Shown here piece after piece: positions 35,483 through 49,231 of a stretch of 64,000 nt of DNA; the stretch's first letter is position 1; every line of letters begins with the position of its first letter. The notes under the pieces were generated by a model. It made no database searches. It was not told the origin of the DNA and saw only the letters and a program-made list of their open reading frames with translations. This DNA is from Isurus oxyrinchus (lineage: Eukaryota): NCBI GenBank assembly GCA_026770705.1, contig JANJGN010000035.1:14012001-14076000 (forward strand). The letters run 5' to 3'. The position numbers and the translations under genes are program-made.

Positions 35483-38400
35483 GTAAAGTGTGAATAAATT
35501 TTCCTAACCCTGGTTTCTCGATGATTGGAGTGTGTCACGTCCAAATTGAATTTATCCACATGTTTGATGCTGATCTTTGGCTTGTAACACAGATGCGTGG
35601 ATTTATTTGCACCATCATCTGTGTCTGATACACAAAGAAAGGGACCACAACCAGTCTTTTTTTTTCTTAAAGTACTGATTCATCAACTTGCGTGTAACAT
35701 AATATAACATTACAACAATATCTTCCGTTGGCGGTTTACAAGCAACATAATCCAAAGTTATAGAGGGAAACGATCTCATTTATTTCAATGTGTTCCATAA
35801 CAGCATTCATGCATAATATAACATACTCATTCTTATTAAAGCAAATATAATTTCACTTAAGGAGAGAGATTTCCATGAGAATCTGATGGAAAGTAAGGTT
35901 AAATAAACGTCGGGACACATTAACCTTGTGGGTAGATGTACTGGAATGTACATTCACATCAAAGGAGCTGGAATTATTGGGCAAATGTCAAATTGAAAGC
36001 AGCAGGTGAAAAAGGAAATAAGATAATGATCGATTTGAGGGCATTTTTGGAAAAAACGAAATCATTCATGGAACCTGGATCCTTTGACCTGTTGAAAGGA
36101 TATGTGAGAGTCACCCATGGCAGCCAGAAAAGGTAAATGGATTTGTTCACTAACGGTTTCGTGGTCCTCAGCTCATTGGCAGCTATAATTTTTACTTTTA
36201 ATGTTTGAATTCGATTTCCAATTCAATGACTCGCTTTTTGCGGGATTCTAAACCATATCACTACGATATTTATTCTGGTACTCCATTCCTACAACCCAGG
36301 AACAATAATACAATGCCGCCAGTGCCTGCCCTTCTTCTGTCTTAAGACCACTATTGGAGAAGAATGTTTGTTTCAGCGACAGGAAAACATTACATTTCAA
36401 TCTTCAATGAAAGGGATAAAAATCAGGCCAATATTAACATCATTGTGTATGTGGCAGTAACTCGCTTAGAAAGTCACAAATTGCAATACTGAGCTATATT
36501 AACATCTAGAGCGGGGGTCGATTACAGTTAAATGAAAATTTACATGTTGAATTCTGTGAAAGTGCCTTGTTACTCGCGAAGGGGACGGGAAACGTGTTCC
36601 TGTGGACGTTCGACACTGCACTGGTCACAGCAGAGGTACGTCACCAACTCCCCTGTTAGGTTGCAATGCAGTCTACGCAAAAGTCCAGTAAGAGCAAAGC
36701 TCCCATACCCATCATCAGCAAGGAGAGAAACCAATTCGGGGACTTAGATGTAAATCGAAAATCCGGGTGCAGGTAAGTTACAGAGACATGTCTTATTGCT
36801 TTATTATTCCTTCGGTCACAATTTCATCAGATAATATTTTATTTCCAGGATACACCAAGCAAATACTTCAGGCCAATGTGTGTAGCGACAACAACATTTA
36901 CCCCCTTAAGTTTACTTCCCTAAATTACATGTATTATTCTTTTATCATCGACACACTGTCTGAAATGTAAATCATCACTTCACAGCCTGGTGTTTACTGT
37001 CTCTATTTTCTCACCAGCTCCTCAGTGTGCGGGTGACAAAACTATATTTTATGGCGCAGGTGAGTCCTCCTTGGTATATTCATGGGAGAACTGCTAAAGC
37101 CTGAGGGAATTGATGCTCTGAAAGGCGCACCTGTAATTGGGTTTTGGTATGGCAATAGGCGCTAGAAGGCGATAGATGCTTCGAGTGTCCTTATGATACT
37201 GAAAAGAGGATGGATATATAAGCGCTTTGAAAGGTCCAAGCAATCAGAACAGAACACATGTTATGGGAGAGCGTACTCCTTCTGAAACCCCCTTACTATA
37301 TTCAGTATCCAGACCGCTTTAGAGCTGGTAGCCACAGCTTGGAATTTTTGTGCCTACATATTTGAACAGGAAACCCGTATTGCAACACAGCAGATATCCA
37401 ACACATTTATATTTCTGTTTGTCATTGTTAGGTCTTCTTTGCACAAACGGCAACATTTTATTTTATACCTTTAATGCTTGTGACATACATTGCACAAGGG
37501 AATCATGCAGCTTATTACGCAATTTCTTACATAAAGGAGAGCGAAGTGAGGGGATGATTTATGATACAAATTAAGAGAGGAGGCTATTTGCAGGGAAATA
37601 TCTGTGTGATCGATGAAGAGTAGGAACATGACCAGTCAGACTATTTCCAGCAACGATTGTTATAATTGCCGTTAAAAGAATTCAGATTTAGACACTATTT
37701 TTTGCTGAACATTTTCAAACGAAATTAGACTTCAAGATTCCATCAGTGCAATTGATTGTCTATTGTTTCTGCACTGGACAGTGCAATGTCAAATTGAATA
37801 ACTATTAACCTCTAAAATTGTTTTATTATGATTTCTGTTGACATCATCATTATGAAACACAGGAGGCCAATTCAACTCATTATTATATCTCAGTTAACAG
37901 AATAAGATTAAGTAAACTATCTTGCCTTGTATAATTTCCGACGAAATTAGGCGCCAAAGTTCCATCCGTGCAATTATTTGTGTTTGTTCTACATTGGACA
38001 AGGCAACGTCAAATTGAATATCCATACTCCTTAAGATTGTATTATTATTATTTCTATTGCCATCACCATAATTATGCAAAGGATGCATCTTCCTGTTGAA
38101 TATTTAAACCGGACTGCATTGGTAGAATAATTTGGACTGTCTTGAAGACTTCAGTTCTGTCGTTAATTGCAGCAACAAAACTAATTGTTGAGAACAGATG
38201 CCACCAATTTGAAGGCGCATGTGAGACAAGTGAAGAAAAAGCACTTCGGAAATGAATACATTTAAAAAAGTTAATTATTGACACCAAATCGATTCCTCCA
38301 GCAGGGACAGGCAGTTTCCTTTGGAGGCGTAGTGTTTAGGGTTCAATTGAACTGAGCTATCAAATCCCTGATCATGTGTTTCGCTAAAATGTGATTGAAA

Positions 38401-39509
38401 GAAGCACACATTACCAACATAACATAAATGTCTGATTCACGATTTTCGAACTTGGTTAATGGTACAATTTATCATTAGGCTTTCTGTGCCATATTTTTTC
38501 TAATCTCACAAAATTCCGTTAGCAACATGTGATGTTATAGGGAATATTGCTCAGTCGTTTTTAAGCGAAATGTTCACAAGCTTATCTCTGTGGAACTCTC
38601 CTTTATTCACTAAGGGAAAATTGCTGAACAACAAATTGAAATATGGCTGAATCACTGAGCAATGAACGAGGTCCCACCATTCAGCATATACACAACGAAT
38701 CCGGTAAAGCACAAGACCCTGTGAGTTACCATCGCTCCAAATTCATTCAGAAGCTAGTGAATTAAGCAGCTGAGGGATACAAGTGGGACTGCTGAAAGCT
38801 CTCGGTGTAAGATTAAATATTTTTTAAAACATCTGAATTATACCTATTCAGGTAGGTTAAAATTTTAGCTGTTATTTTTACATGGTCAGTATACAATTAA
38901 CAGAATGGTGTTCATGGTTATCTGTTAGAACAGCATGAAATAGATGTTAACATTAGTTCGTTTTGCTCTCACAGTAATATTGCATACGTAATCTCAATAG
39001 GAATACAGTTCAACATATACATGATTCAACTTCGAAGTTTTTTTTTAGTCCGCCTCGGGATATGGGCATCCCTGAGAAGCTCTGTATTTAATTTCATTTA
39101 AAGATTCCCCCTTGACTACACTGAGTTGAGCTTCCATCTGGAACCACCACAGCTTCTGTTGCGATGATGGTCCCAGAATGTTAGAGTGGAAAGAGTGGAG
39201 GACTTTGAACAAATGAAGCTGAGGGAAGGAAATTTTATTTAAGAGTTTGGATTTTTTCTGATTTAGATGGGCTATTGGAGATGATCGCACTGCCACTGAC
39301 AGCGGCCACTTGCCCTTCTCGGCAGCAGAAGATGTGCATTTGTTACGCACTGCCCACAATGTATCGATGACTTACCAGAGCACTTCCTGTTGATGGAGCC
39401 GAATGCATTCTACCGTCCACCAGTGGTGGAGGAGTGAACATTTGAACTCCACACACTCTATGTGTAATGACCTAACTCATTATGTTTTATCAGATTCGTT
39501 CCCTGGTTG

Positions 39510-40470
39510 CTCAGCTTCTTTCTCCTTTTCCACATCTTCATCCACTCTCTCTATCTCCTCTCTCTGCCTCTCCCCCATCACCTGCCCCGCATCTCCCCCT
39601 CTCTCTGTCACTCTCTCTGCCTCTCCTTCTCTCCGATGCTCCTCCCCTCCCTTTATCTCTTTGTGTGTTAATGAATTAATTCAGGATGTTTTTTTTGCGA
39701 GCTGTTCTCTAATCTGTCTTATTTTCCTCTTTCCTCTTGCTGCACTTTATCTTATCTCTTTCCCAATCTCTCTCAACCTATCTCCTCTCTCGCACTCCCC
39801 TTCTCTCCAACCTATCACCCACCCACGCTCTCTTTCTCTCCATCTATCACATCCTTCACCCAACTCTCTGCTACTCACTCTCACCCTCTACATCTCTATG
39901 TCTCCCACGCATTGCCATCTCCTGCTCTATCTCTGTTTATCTCAACCCGAACCCCTCGTCCTGATACATCCCTCCCTCGACCTCTGTCTTCCCATCCAAC
40001 CCACCCACTGTTGCCTTCCTCCCCCTCTCTCCATCTCTGTCTCTCCCACCTAATACATTCCCCTGCTGTCTCCAACTCTTTCAGTCTCACACCGCCAGCC
40101 ATCTCTCGCTCTTCCTCTATTTCTCTCTCTCTCTCTCTCCCTTCCTGCTTATCTGTCTCACTGTCTTTCCCCCTCAATCCCAATCTGTCCCGCCCACAGC
40201 CACCTCCCTCTTTCCCTATGTCCCTTTCTCCCTATCTCTCTATCTGTTTTTCTCTATCTCTGACTCCCTCCATCCATCCCCACCGCTCCTAAACAACAGC
40301 ACCTCCCGCCCTCTACCTCTTTCTCTTCTACCCGCCCTACCCCCGTTGCCTCCTTCTCTCTCTCAATCTCTCCATTTCTACCTCTCTCACCAACGCCATC
40401 ACCGACTGTTTACTTCCTCTCGCTCTTTGTTTGCCACTCTACTCTGTCTATTTCCCTCTCTCTCCCTTAA
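39510..40470 (+). repeat. Degenerate CT-rich polypyrimidine tract (copy B)
   Basis: Counterpart of 3785-4815. Confidence 0.9.
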
Positions 40471-43400
40471 ACGCCATTCTATTTTCTCTGAATGAATATG
40501 TTTTACTTTTGTGCACATTATAGTATTGCTAACTTTTCAGTCATTCAGCTATTCTTGGGAGTGCTGTCTATTCTCTATCGGATTATTCTGTATTGGACAA
40601 GAATAGCACCAAGCTCAGTACGCTTAGCAAGAATATGCAGAGCACATTGGATGAGAGGTCTTTCTGTGAGTTTCAGGTCAAGGTCTGGAGCAGTATTTGT
40701 GATTTAGAATTGGGGGACTCGAATTGAACGTATTCGGTGGTTGAATAATGTTTGTGCTTTCAGGCATCATAACATAACTGATTGAATTTCAATGCCAACC
40801 CTCCAGAAATTAACCCCACTTGCAATTCCAAGATTTTGCTGGTCCCTGTAGCTACTTTCAAGCAGAGGTGTATCTGTTCCACTCGGTCAACTTTCAAGGA
40901 TAATGGCGATCGCCTTATCCTACAGTCCAGCATGTGCTACCTTCCACATAACTGCTCTGAAATTAATTTGCAAGCTGCATTTTCAGATATAATGCAACCT
41001 TCCAGTATATCTGCTCCAGTCTCCTTCGGTGTTATCATTAACCATATTTTTTATTCATCCACCTTCTCTGAAACTGTGCTTCGGACGGGCTTTATCTAAA
41101 TCGCGTCTACAGTTGTCAGAGTGAGTATGTAGTCTCGCAATTAGATTTCAATGATTTTGTTACATTGAATCCTAATCGCTCTGCTCTTCATTGTCACGGG
41201 CATCCCACTGACTAGAAGATGGTCTGCTGCATCTCTTTAGATCCGGTCTCATTGTCCCTTCACATGAGAAGCAGTGAATTCCATATCTATCACAGTCTCA
41301 CCCAGACATTCATGCTGCGGTGAAATGTGTTTCTGTGTTAAGGGCATGATATCAGCTCGAATTGCTTATTGCCATTTGGAACATTCAGCTCTCGTCCAAA
41401 TTGCTTATTGCACCCTTACCTTACCATAGTTAGAAAAATTGTATATGTGGCTTCCTATCCCTTCTTCTAAACCTTTTCTAATGCCAGCAAATACCGACCC
41501 CCAAACTTACATTGGTGGCAAACAACTCAGGTCAAAGCTTAGTTAATAATCAAACAGAAAAGAAAAAAAAAGATTCATAGTTCTAAACAATTGTTACCAT
41601 TATAAACATGATCTATCGAATGAAATGGATATTTACACTTTTCGTTCCAGTTTATTTCTTGTCGGATCCTGTGGTTCATTTTAGGAAGTGAAACGAACAG
41701 ACGCCTTGTGTGTATATCCATATTGGAATTGGTCGAATTAAATTGTCTGAATTCAAGGGGTATTTTTTTAAGCTTTAATTCTGCAACTAGCCATTGAGAC
41801 TCAATTGAGACAACGTAGAATTGGATCCCAAGGCTGAAAGAGGATTCATTTTTTTTTCTGATTCAGTGATTTTTCGCGAGCAGGGAAACGGCAACTTTTT
41901 GTCAAATGCCAGGCACGCAGATAAAACTGACTTTTTTGAAGCAAAATAATTGCGATATGTATTGAATGGAAATTTTATATATTTGGCGGGGTGCACCAAA
42001 TGTATTATCGGCCAAGAATCCATTGGCTTTGTCTGAAATGTCACGATGGAACTGTATCAAAATAAATTACTCCTTTCTCTCAGAGGATAATGTCTGCTGG
42101 TGAATTTGACAAGTGTCTTTGTGGTGCTGGCGAATGCATTTCTGTTGCACAACGACATTGCCATTTGGCACAGCACAGAATTATGTGCTTTTGCAAGCTT
42201 TGGAGAGCATGGTGCCTTATCTGTGAGTACAGAGCATATTCTTTACACACGGCCAAATTATGTGCATCTGCAAAGCAACACCAGCACGTGCTGGCTTTAT
42301 TTCATGTAGGCTTGCTGAGAATCAGCATTACAGAAGGGGCTCGCTCCATGTTACTGTTCCACGCCAACATCCTTCCACCTCACCAACCGAATCGAGTGAA
42401 AGAAGAAAAACAATGTGGGTTTGCCTGAAACTCTTAACCTCGTGAAACGTCCTCAGCTGCTTCAAAGGAATGTTAGCAGCCAAACCTCACACCAAGACAC
42501 AGGGGTCGACATAACCGTAGGAAGCCAAAACGTGGTTAAAGAGATGGGCTTGTGGAGCACTTTAGAATGCATGGCGGCTGAGCAGACTGGCACAAGTTGT
42601 TACATGGGCAGCGGTGTTTTGTTTGACCTCAAATTTAGGGAAGATTGAAATCAAGCAAGTGGGCCAAGAGAGAACTTGAATAGTCGAGTCTTGAGACATC
42701 AGGCACTGATATGAGTTTTCCTGTCCAGCTAGCTAGTTGCCACTCAAAAGCATACAGAAAGAAATTGGACATACTAAGCACTCCAGGCTGAAAGATCCAC
42801 CGCCGCCATAATACCTCCCTCCCTCCCCACCCCCCCAACCAACCCCACCCCCCCCCCCACCCCCCCCCCAGCCTTCTATCCACGGGATATTTCGCAGCCT
42901 TTTAACGCATGACAAGCTCATATTTCTCCTGTTGAACTGACCCAATAAGTGGGAAATGCATTGCCCTGTATCTAACTGATGAAATCTCTAGTTTTAGAAA
43001 ATATCTCTCATATTTACCTCTGAGATTTCTGTTTTCTAGTGGAAAGTCGCACGCCTAATGCCCTTTATGCAATGTCAAATACCTTCTTCAGAATTCCAGA
43101 AACCAGCTTGGCTGATCTGCCTGTTGGAGGCAAATTCATTATTGATTTTTTTTTTTACGAAGCGTAATGAATATATGGATGATATCAGCGTTGGTGTATG
43201 TAGGTCACAGTCAGCCACGTGGTTGGTGTAAAGCCTGTCTTATTTGCTGCATCACCTTTGATTCATCTGCTCTGCTGACCACCCTTTTCCAACGTGACTG
43301 TCGAATATTCCTTCACCTGAGAGACTGAGACAATACTAGTAAAGCGACCCCCATATATTTAACTTTTCATGGAGTTCCATTAGATGGCAGAGAGAAAGAG

Positions 43401-44899
43401 AGCTTTCTTCCAGTACAGTTTTGCCACAGAAAAATGCCCAATCCCATCTCTTTACTTTCACCAGGTGTAACTATATTCTTCGTCCAATACTCTTGGATAA
43501 ATTAATTTGTAAATTGTTTTGTAAAATTTGACAGGAGAAACCTCTTATCCAGAAGTCATTTTTTTTTTTATTTTCGTTTCCATTTAATCTGTTCTTGTCA
43601 CTGATGCACAGCCATTGGAGCTCCTATTCGTCCCCTGTATCCTACTGCTGTTGGAGTTTCCCATATCACTTAATGTTTCCCTTTTTGTATGTGGGGTGCG
43701 GTGCAGAAATTCGAACTTACAAGCAAGTAATTTAAATAGTTATACGGGAACAATCAATATTTAGCGTTGCTCTGAAGAGACACAAGTGTTTTGATTCTCT
43801 GCAACACCTTTTCTGACCATTGCAAAGTGTCTTCCGGGGTGAAAACTGTGAGAATCAATTCGAACGTGATGATAACTAGTTGATATTTCGTGTGTATTAG
43901 TCAAGTTCTCTAAACTTCAGAGGGATCGGTGTGTCTTAGTGCATGAATTATAAATGCCTGGTGTGCACTTACAGCAAGTCATGAGGGAAGCTAATATAGC
44001 GTTAGCATTTATTGTGAGGGGAATTGAATAAAAAAGTGGAGAGATTATGCTTCAGTTGTACATGGCACTGCTAAGACCACATCTGGATTTTTGTGTACAG
44101 TGATTGTCCCCTTCGTTATGACAGATATAAAAGCATTAGAAGCAGCTCAGAGAATCTTTACAAGACCAGGAATGGGCGGGTCACCTGATGCGGATGGGTT
44201 GTACAGGGTAGGATTCTAGCTACTTGTATCCAATGGAATGTGAAAGAGAAAGTGATAACTTGATTGAAACATATATGAGCTTGAGGGTATTTCATTGTTT
44301 GAATGTGGGGAAGATGTTTTCTCTTGTGGGAGAATCTAGAACTAGGTGTCACTGTTTAAAATTCAGGGTTCGCCTACTTAGAACAGAAATGATTATTTTC
44401 CCTCGGGGGTGGTGAGCCTTTGGTACTCCTTCCTCAAAAGGAAGTGAAAGCAGGTACTTTGACTATTTTTAAGGCAGAGGTAGATATACTCTTGATTAAC
44501 AAGGCATCAAAAGGTCATCTGGTGGAGGCGGGAATGAGGGGTTAGTCATTACATCACATTAGCCATCATCTTATTAATTAGTGCAGAAAATCCTTGGGGC
44601 CGATTGGCCGGCTCCTGCACTTTGTTCAAGTGTTCCTATCGTCAAATCCATGAAAGCAATTGTGAAATGTATACTTGTTATGGAATGATCGCTGTGAAAT
44701 AAAGCAGTGGGTGGCGGTGGAGGTTGAATGCTTTTCAGAGGGAAAAGTGAATTGAGCAGAAGAGTGGTAGATGGATCTGAACGCCACTAGGTATTACATT
44801 TTGAACGGCAAATATGGTAGGACAATTTCCAATTACCATTCTGAAGGGCGCAGGTGGAAAGTACAGACTTCCTCTCCACACAGACCATCATATTTATAT

Positions 44900-45210
44900 T
44901 TTTATTCGTTCATGCGATGTGAGCTCCAATGTCTTTGGTCACGCATTTACGGGCCATGCTTGTTCAAGGGGTATTTAAGAGTCATCACAAGTAGGCCAGG
45001 TCAATTAAGGACGGCAGTTTACCTTCCATGAAGGGCAATATTGGACCAATTTCGGCATTAAGGTATACAGCATTAGTTTCACCGTCATCATTATTAGACT
45101 TTTAATTCCAGATTTATATGGAATCCAAACTTCACCATCTCCCGTGGAAAGTCTCGGTTCCCAGAGAATGACCCTTGGCCTCTGGAATACAGGTCAGTGC
45201 CAATAACTCT
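44900..45210 (-). mobile_element. tRNA-derived SINE, copy-B specific
   Basis: 'attcgttcatgcgatgtg...agtaggccaggtcaattaaggacggcag...ttttaattccagattt...ttcaccatctcccgtgg...cctctggaatacaggtcagtgccaataac'. Confidence 0.8.
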
Positions 45211-45491
45211 GAATGTAGTTATATAGTATGAAATCAACTGAATGTGCTTCAACTATATAAACAGCTAGTTCTGCATCAGCTGGAGTGTTGTGAACAATTC
45301 CTCACTCGATAATGTTCAAATAACTAATGGCGTTAAAACCACTACAGGATTGTTACACCGGGAATATACATCAGTTCTAAGGAGAGGTTAGCTTACAGCG
45401 AGGTCCCTTATAATTAGCACTAGAATGCTTTTGACTTGACTTAACAAATCTTTTTCAAGATGTAGGGAGGATTTGATAGGAGGTCGAGAAC

Positions 45492-45510
45492 GGCAGCGCC
45501 CTCTAGCGTC
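45492..45510 (-). promoter_or_regulatory. CTCF-binding motif match
   Basis: Minus strand reads ACGCTAGAGGGCGCTG vs core CC(A/G)C(C/T)AG(A/G)(G/T)GGC(A/G)CT; one mismatch; CpGs retained. Confidence 0.5.
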
Positions 45511-48500
45511 TGGGCGGATAGCCAACGAGCATGGATTAAACATCATTAGAATTAGCTTTAGGGGACATATGGCTAATTTATTTCTGAATGTGGGACGTTC
45601 TACCCGAAAAAAGTGAGTCTGGAAATAGCTTACATAAAAATTTTTAAAGGAGAATAGGACAGGTGTTTGATAATGAAAACTTGACAGGTTTACAGAGAAA
45701 AAAAAAGATGGCTTGGAGATGTGTGACACACAATCGCTGTGCTCCTTCAAGAGGACAGCACAAGGAGGATGGTTGGATGTGCTGTCGATGTAGAAGCTCG
45801 ACACGTACAGATACCAGCAGGTAGAGGGCAGTGGAATGCTTTCCTGTTAAGACCAGACTGAATGCCATTAGATCACGTCATGAGGGGGTAACGAGAGGTC
45901 TGATAGCCAGTTTTTTTTTTTGTGGGAGCTGCTCCGGCTGCACAGGACATTCAGATTTCCGCTCAGAATCCGACTCCAATCAGCTCACGCTCCAGACCCG
46001 GCAGGTTATGTAATTACTTATAATTGACTGTCTAGAACTGTTACTGTTGTTTTAATCAGATGAAAACTCAGTTACCATCAATATTTGGAAAATAAAATAG
46101 CCTTTTGTGCTTATCTGTGGAATGCGACCTTCAGGACTCAGGTTTTTGCAGAGCCTTCACTTGTTATTGAGTTACATTTATTTTCTGGCTCAGAGCGAGA
46201 CGGTTAAAACCACCCTACAGTGTTTGAAATATGTCTGAATGTGGTGTTCACTTCCCGAAAACACTGTAAGATATAGGTGACTTGCTGGCACATTGAAAAT
46301 ACAGAAGATCAGAAGTACATTGGTGTACATGTCAGCAGATCCCTGAAGGCAGCAGGACAGGTGGATGGGGGAGTTTCAAACGCTAATGTGTTTCTTGCAT
46401 TTATAGGCCGAGGCATAGATTATAAGAGCAGCGAAAATATGTTGGAGCTGTTTAAAATGATAGTTGGGCCCCATCTGGAGTGCTATGTGCAGTTTTATTC
46501 CCTAGAATAAAGGACTGATGTGAATGCACTGGCGAGTGTGGAGAGGAGATTCACAGGATGATGCCTGACCTGGAGCATTTCAGCCATGAAGAGAAGCTGG
46601 ATTCACTGGGGTTGTCTGCCTTAGAGCAGAAAAGGCTGGGGGCGGGGGGTGGGGGGGGAGGGGTGGTGGGGGGGGGGGGGGGGGGTTGGCGGCGGTGACC
46701 TGATGGAGGTATACAAAATTTTTACATGCATAGATTGGTTTGTTAGGAATGAACTTTTCCCATTCATGGACGCGTTAATCATTAGGGGGCGTAGGCTTAA
46801 GGTAAGGGTCAGGAGGTTTAGAGTAGATTGGAGGCTTTTTGCTTCACACTGAACTCACAGACTGATAGGGTGGTAGAGGCAATAACGCTGAGATCATTTA
46901 AGACCTATTTCGATATACGTTTGAAATGCAATTGCAAAAAGAGCTACGGGCCAGGGACTTGGAAATCGGATAAGAAAAGATCGGGGCTTGATGGCTGACA
47001 CATACATGAATGGCCAAAGGGCAACTTTCTGTGCCAGGTAACTCTAGGGCCAACGAAAGGTTTTGTGCACCATTTGGACGTCAATCCCGATTTCTTTCAC
47101 AGACGCCCAATGATTTCGCTCTTCAGGAGTTTGGGTCTCAAATGCCCATATCCCAGGGCCAAGTCTGTTGCAATGTGCTGCTACCAACGCTGCTCTAGTC
47201 CACTGTTCATTAGCACAGCAGGTGTTTCAGCATGAGCCAAACTACCACAATGGTGAATGTTTCCTACACAGGATGGCAGATGCTTTCAAGGTCCAAGAAC
47301 ACACGTTTCTGAGTGAAGCTAATTCAAAATGTTAAACAGAATAAAGTGACAGGGGAAACTGACCAACTGAACCTAAACGGACAGTGGGAGGCGATTCCTC
47401 CATTTTTTACTGTGCTGGCTCTTTGAAATATCTCTATAATTAATGAGTGTTCCCAATTTATTTACCAATCGCCCCTCAAATATTAAATCATTGCGCATTT
47501 GGAAGTTAAGATTGAGCATTCTTCCAACAGTTTTTCAAACCGTAGTTAAATGGGTGCCCACTGTTCGATTCCCTCTTAAATCAAGTGCACATCCTTCGCT
47601 TCTCCACTTTCATTCTCCCCTCCATAGCCTTGCCATCTCTCTAATTACAGATATATTAACAATAATGTATTTCTGTGCTCCTTCATTTACTCCCATTTAC
47701 AATTAACATGCCAATCTTTACATCTTCTGCCTAATGTCAGTATCTTGCTCTGCACCCGCTGTCTTCACCTCTCCTCATTGTTACCCAACTCTTTGCTCAC
47801 ACTCAAAGACCCATCCTCCACACAGCCTTATACTGATTCTCGTGTTCGTAATCTCACGTGTTACACTTTTAAAATGAGGCTTGTTAAGAAAATACATCAA
47901 ACCGGTTGGGAAGGCCACTTTGCAGAAACTGCTTCGTACCAACCACGCCCAGGATACATGGGAGCAGGTGGAAAACCTTGATTACTCCTTCCCCTCGCAG
48001 GTACTCACCCCATAACCTGTCTGCTCTCTTCTGTGTATCAGTTACACACCATGCCAGTGTTTGAATCTCCGATCTTCACCGGTAAGGGTTCTCCAACATC
48101 ATGAGGACATGGGGGGGGGGGGGGGGGGGATATGCTAATGAAGAACTTATTCCTATGGAACTGTCTTTTCCCCATTGAGAGGTCCACGCTGGGCTACAGC
48201 ATCATGAGTTCCTTTCTCTGTCTGTAACTAAAACCACCGTGTTCATCCACAAACACGTCAATTCTTCACAGGGTTAAAAATAAAGCTGCAACTTAGCCAT
48301 TTCTCTCTTGAGTAGTTTCCTTCCATGCTCTCCAAAAATGCGCCTCTCCCAAACCTGCCATGGGTGGTATATCCAGTTTGTGGTTTGAAAGCGCCTTTTC
48401 GTTCAATTGGGGACCTGAAAGCCAATCTCCACCGTTCCATTTCCCCATTTCACACCGAGTGTTTCACTGTGAAAAGCCAATGTTCTAACCAGGAGGCAAC

Positions 48501-49158
48501 CTGGTGCTTTATCTTCTATTCAGAAATCAGTGAAAACGAGGTACAGACAAACAGGAAAATAAATTCTCCAGCACATACTGAGATACGTTTCAGCCCATGT
48601 GCCAAAATGCTTTTGTGGGTTTAAACCTGTCTCTGACCTAAGGGCCCAAGGAGGAACTTTAGGCTGCGAGGGCGAGCTCCAACAGGAAATATTGAATGAT
48701 TAACATTGCTGAATGCAAGGCTCAGGAAAACGTGGGGAAGGGCACAATGTCGAACCTATTAATGGACACAGTGTCCTGTCCAGTCTAATCATTGCCCAGA
48801 AGGTTACAGCTCTCAAAATGTAGGAAGTTATACGGAATTCCTTTTAATCTTTTCAGGGAGACAGGAACACACTTTCTCACAACAAAGTAACATCAAAAAA
48901 ATGACATCAAATTCCCATTCACTAACCTTATTGTCTTTCCGTGGTTCACATAGTGTCCAATAATCTAAAGCCCCAAAGCAGGAACGTGAGAGAAACAGTT
49001 GTTGTCACATCTCGTGCTGCTGTGATGTAGCCAGTCCTAGATTGGGAGCAAGACAAGATAAAGGAAATCAGTTGCACTGCGTGGGAGGGGAATCATGTGC
49101 CGAGGGAAGATTCCTTCTACACAATGTGATGGGGGATCTGTTGTGAGATCGCAGGGGT

Positions 49159-49231
49159 GGGAGAATAGGTTATTCAACACATTACCTGATATTGAATCTG
49201 AGAGTTCAGAGTTCGGGTGCTGGTTTTTCCA
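49159..49231 (+). pseudogene. Highly decayed tRNA-Lys(UUU) pseudogene, module A, copy B
   Basis: ATAGGTTATTCAACACATTACCTGATATTGAATCTGAGAGTTCAGAGTTCGGGT aligns without gaps to tRNA-Lys-TTT positions 7-60; positional counterpart of 12484. Confidence 0.65.

Noticed and set aside
38295-38366. Minus-strand tRNA-Lys trace (GATAGCTCAGT ... GTCCCTG at the correct spacing)
   Set aside because: The middle ~40 nt match at random level and copy A (~2570-2635) lacks both anchors; cannot be separated from chance by eye.
46640-46690. Long poly-G runs (also ~48111-48129 and poly-C ~42818-42869)
   Set aside because: Copy-B homopolymer expansions, one inside a CR1 fragment; may partly reflect sequencing or assembly error; no functional evidence.
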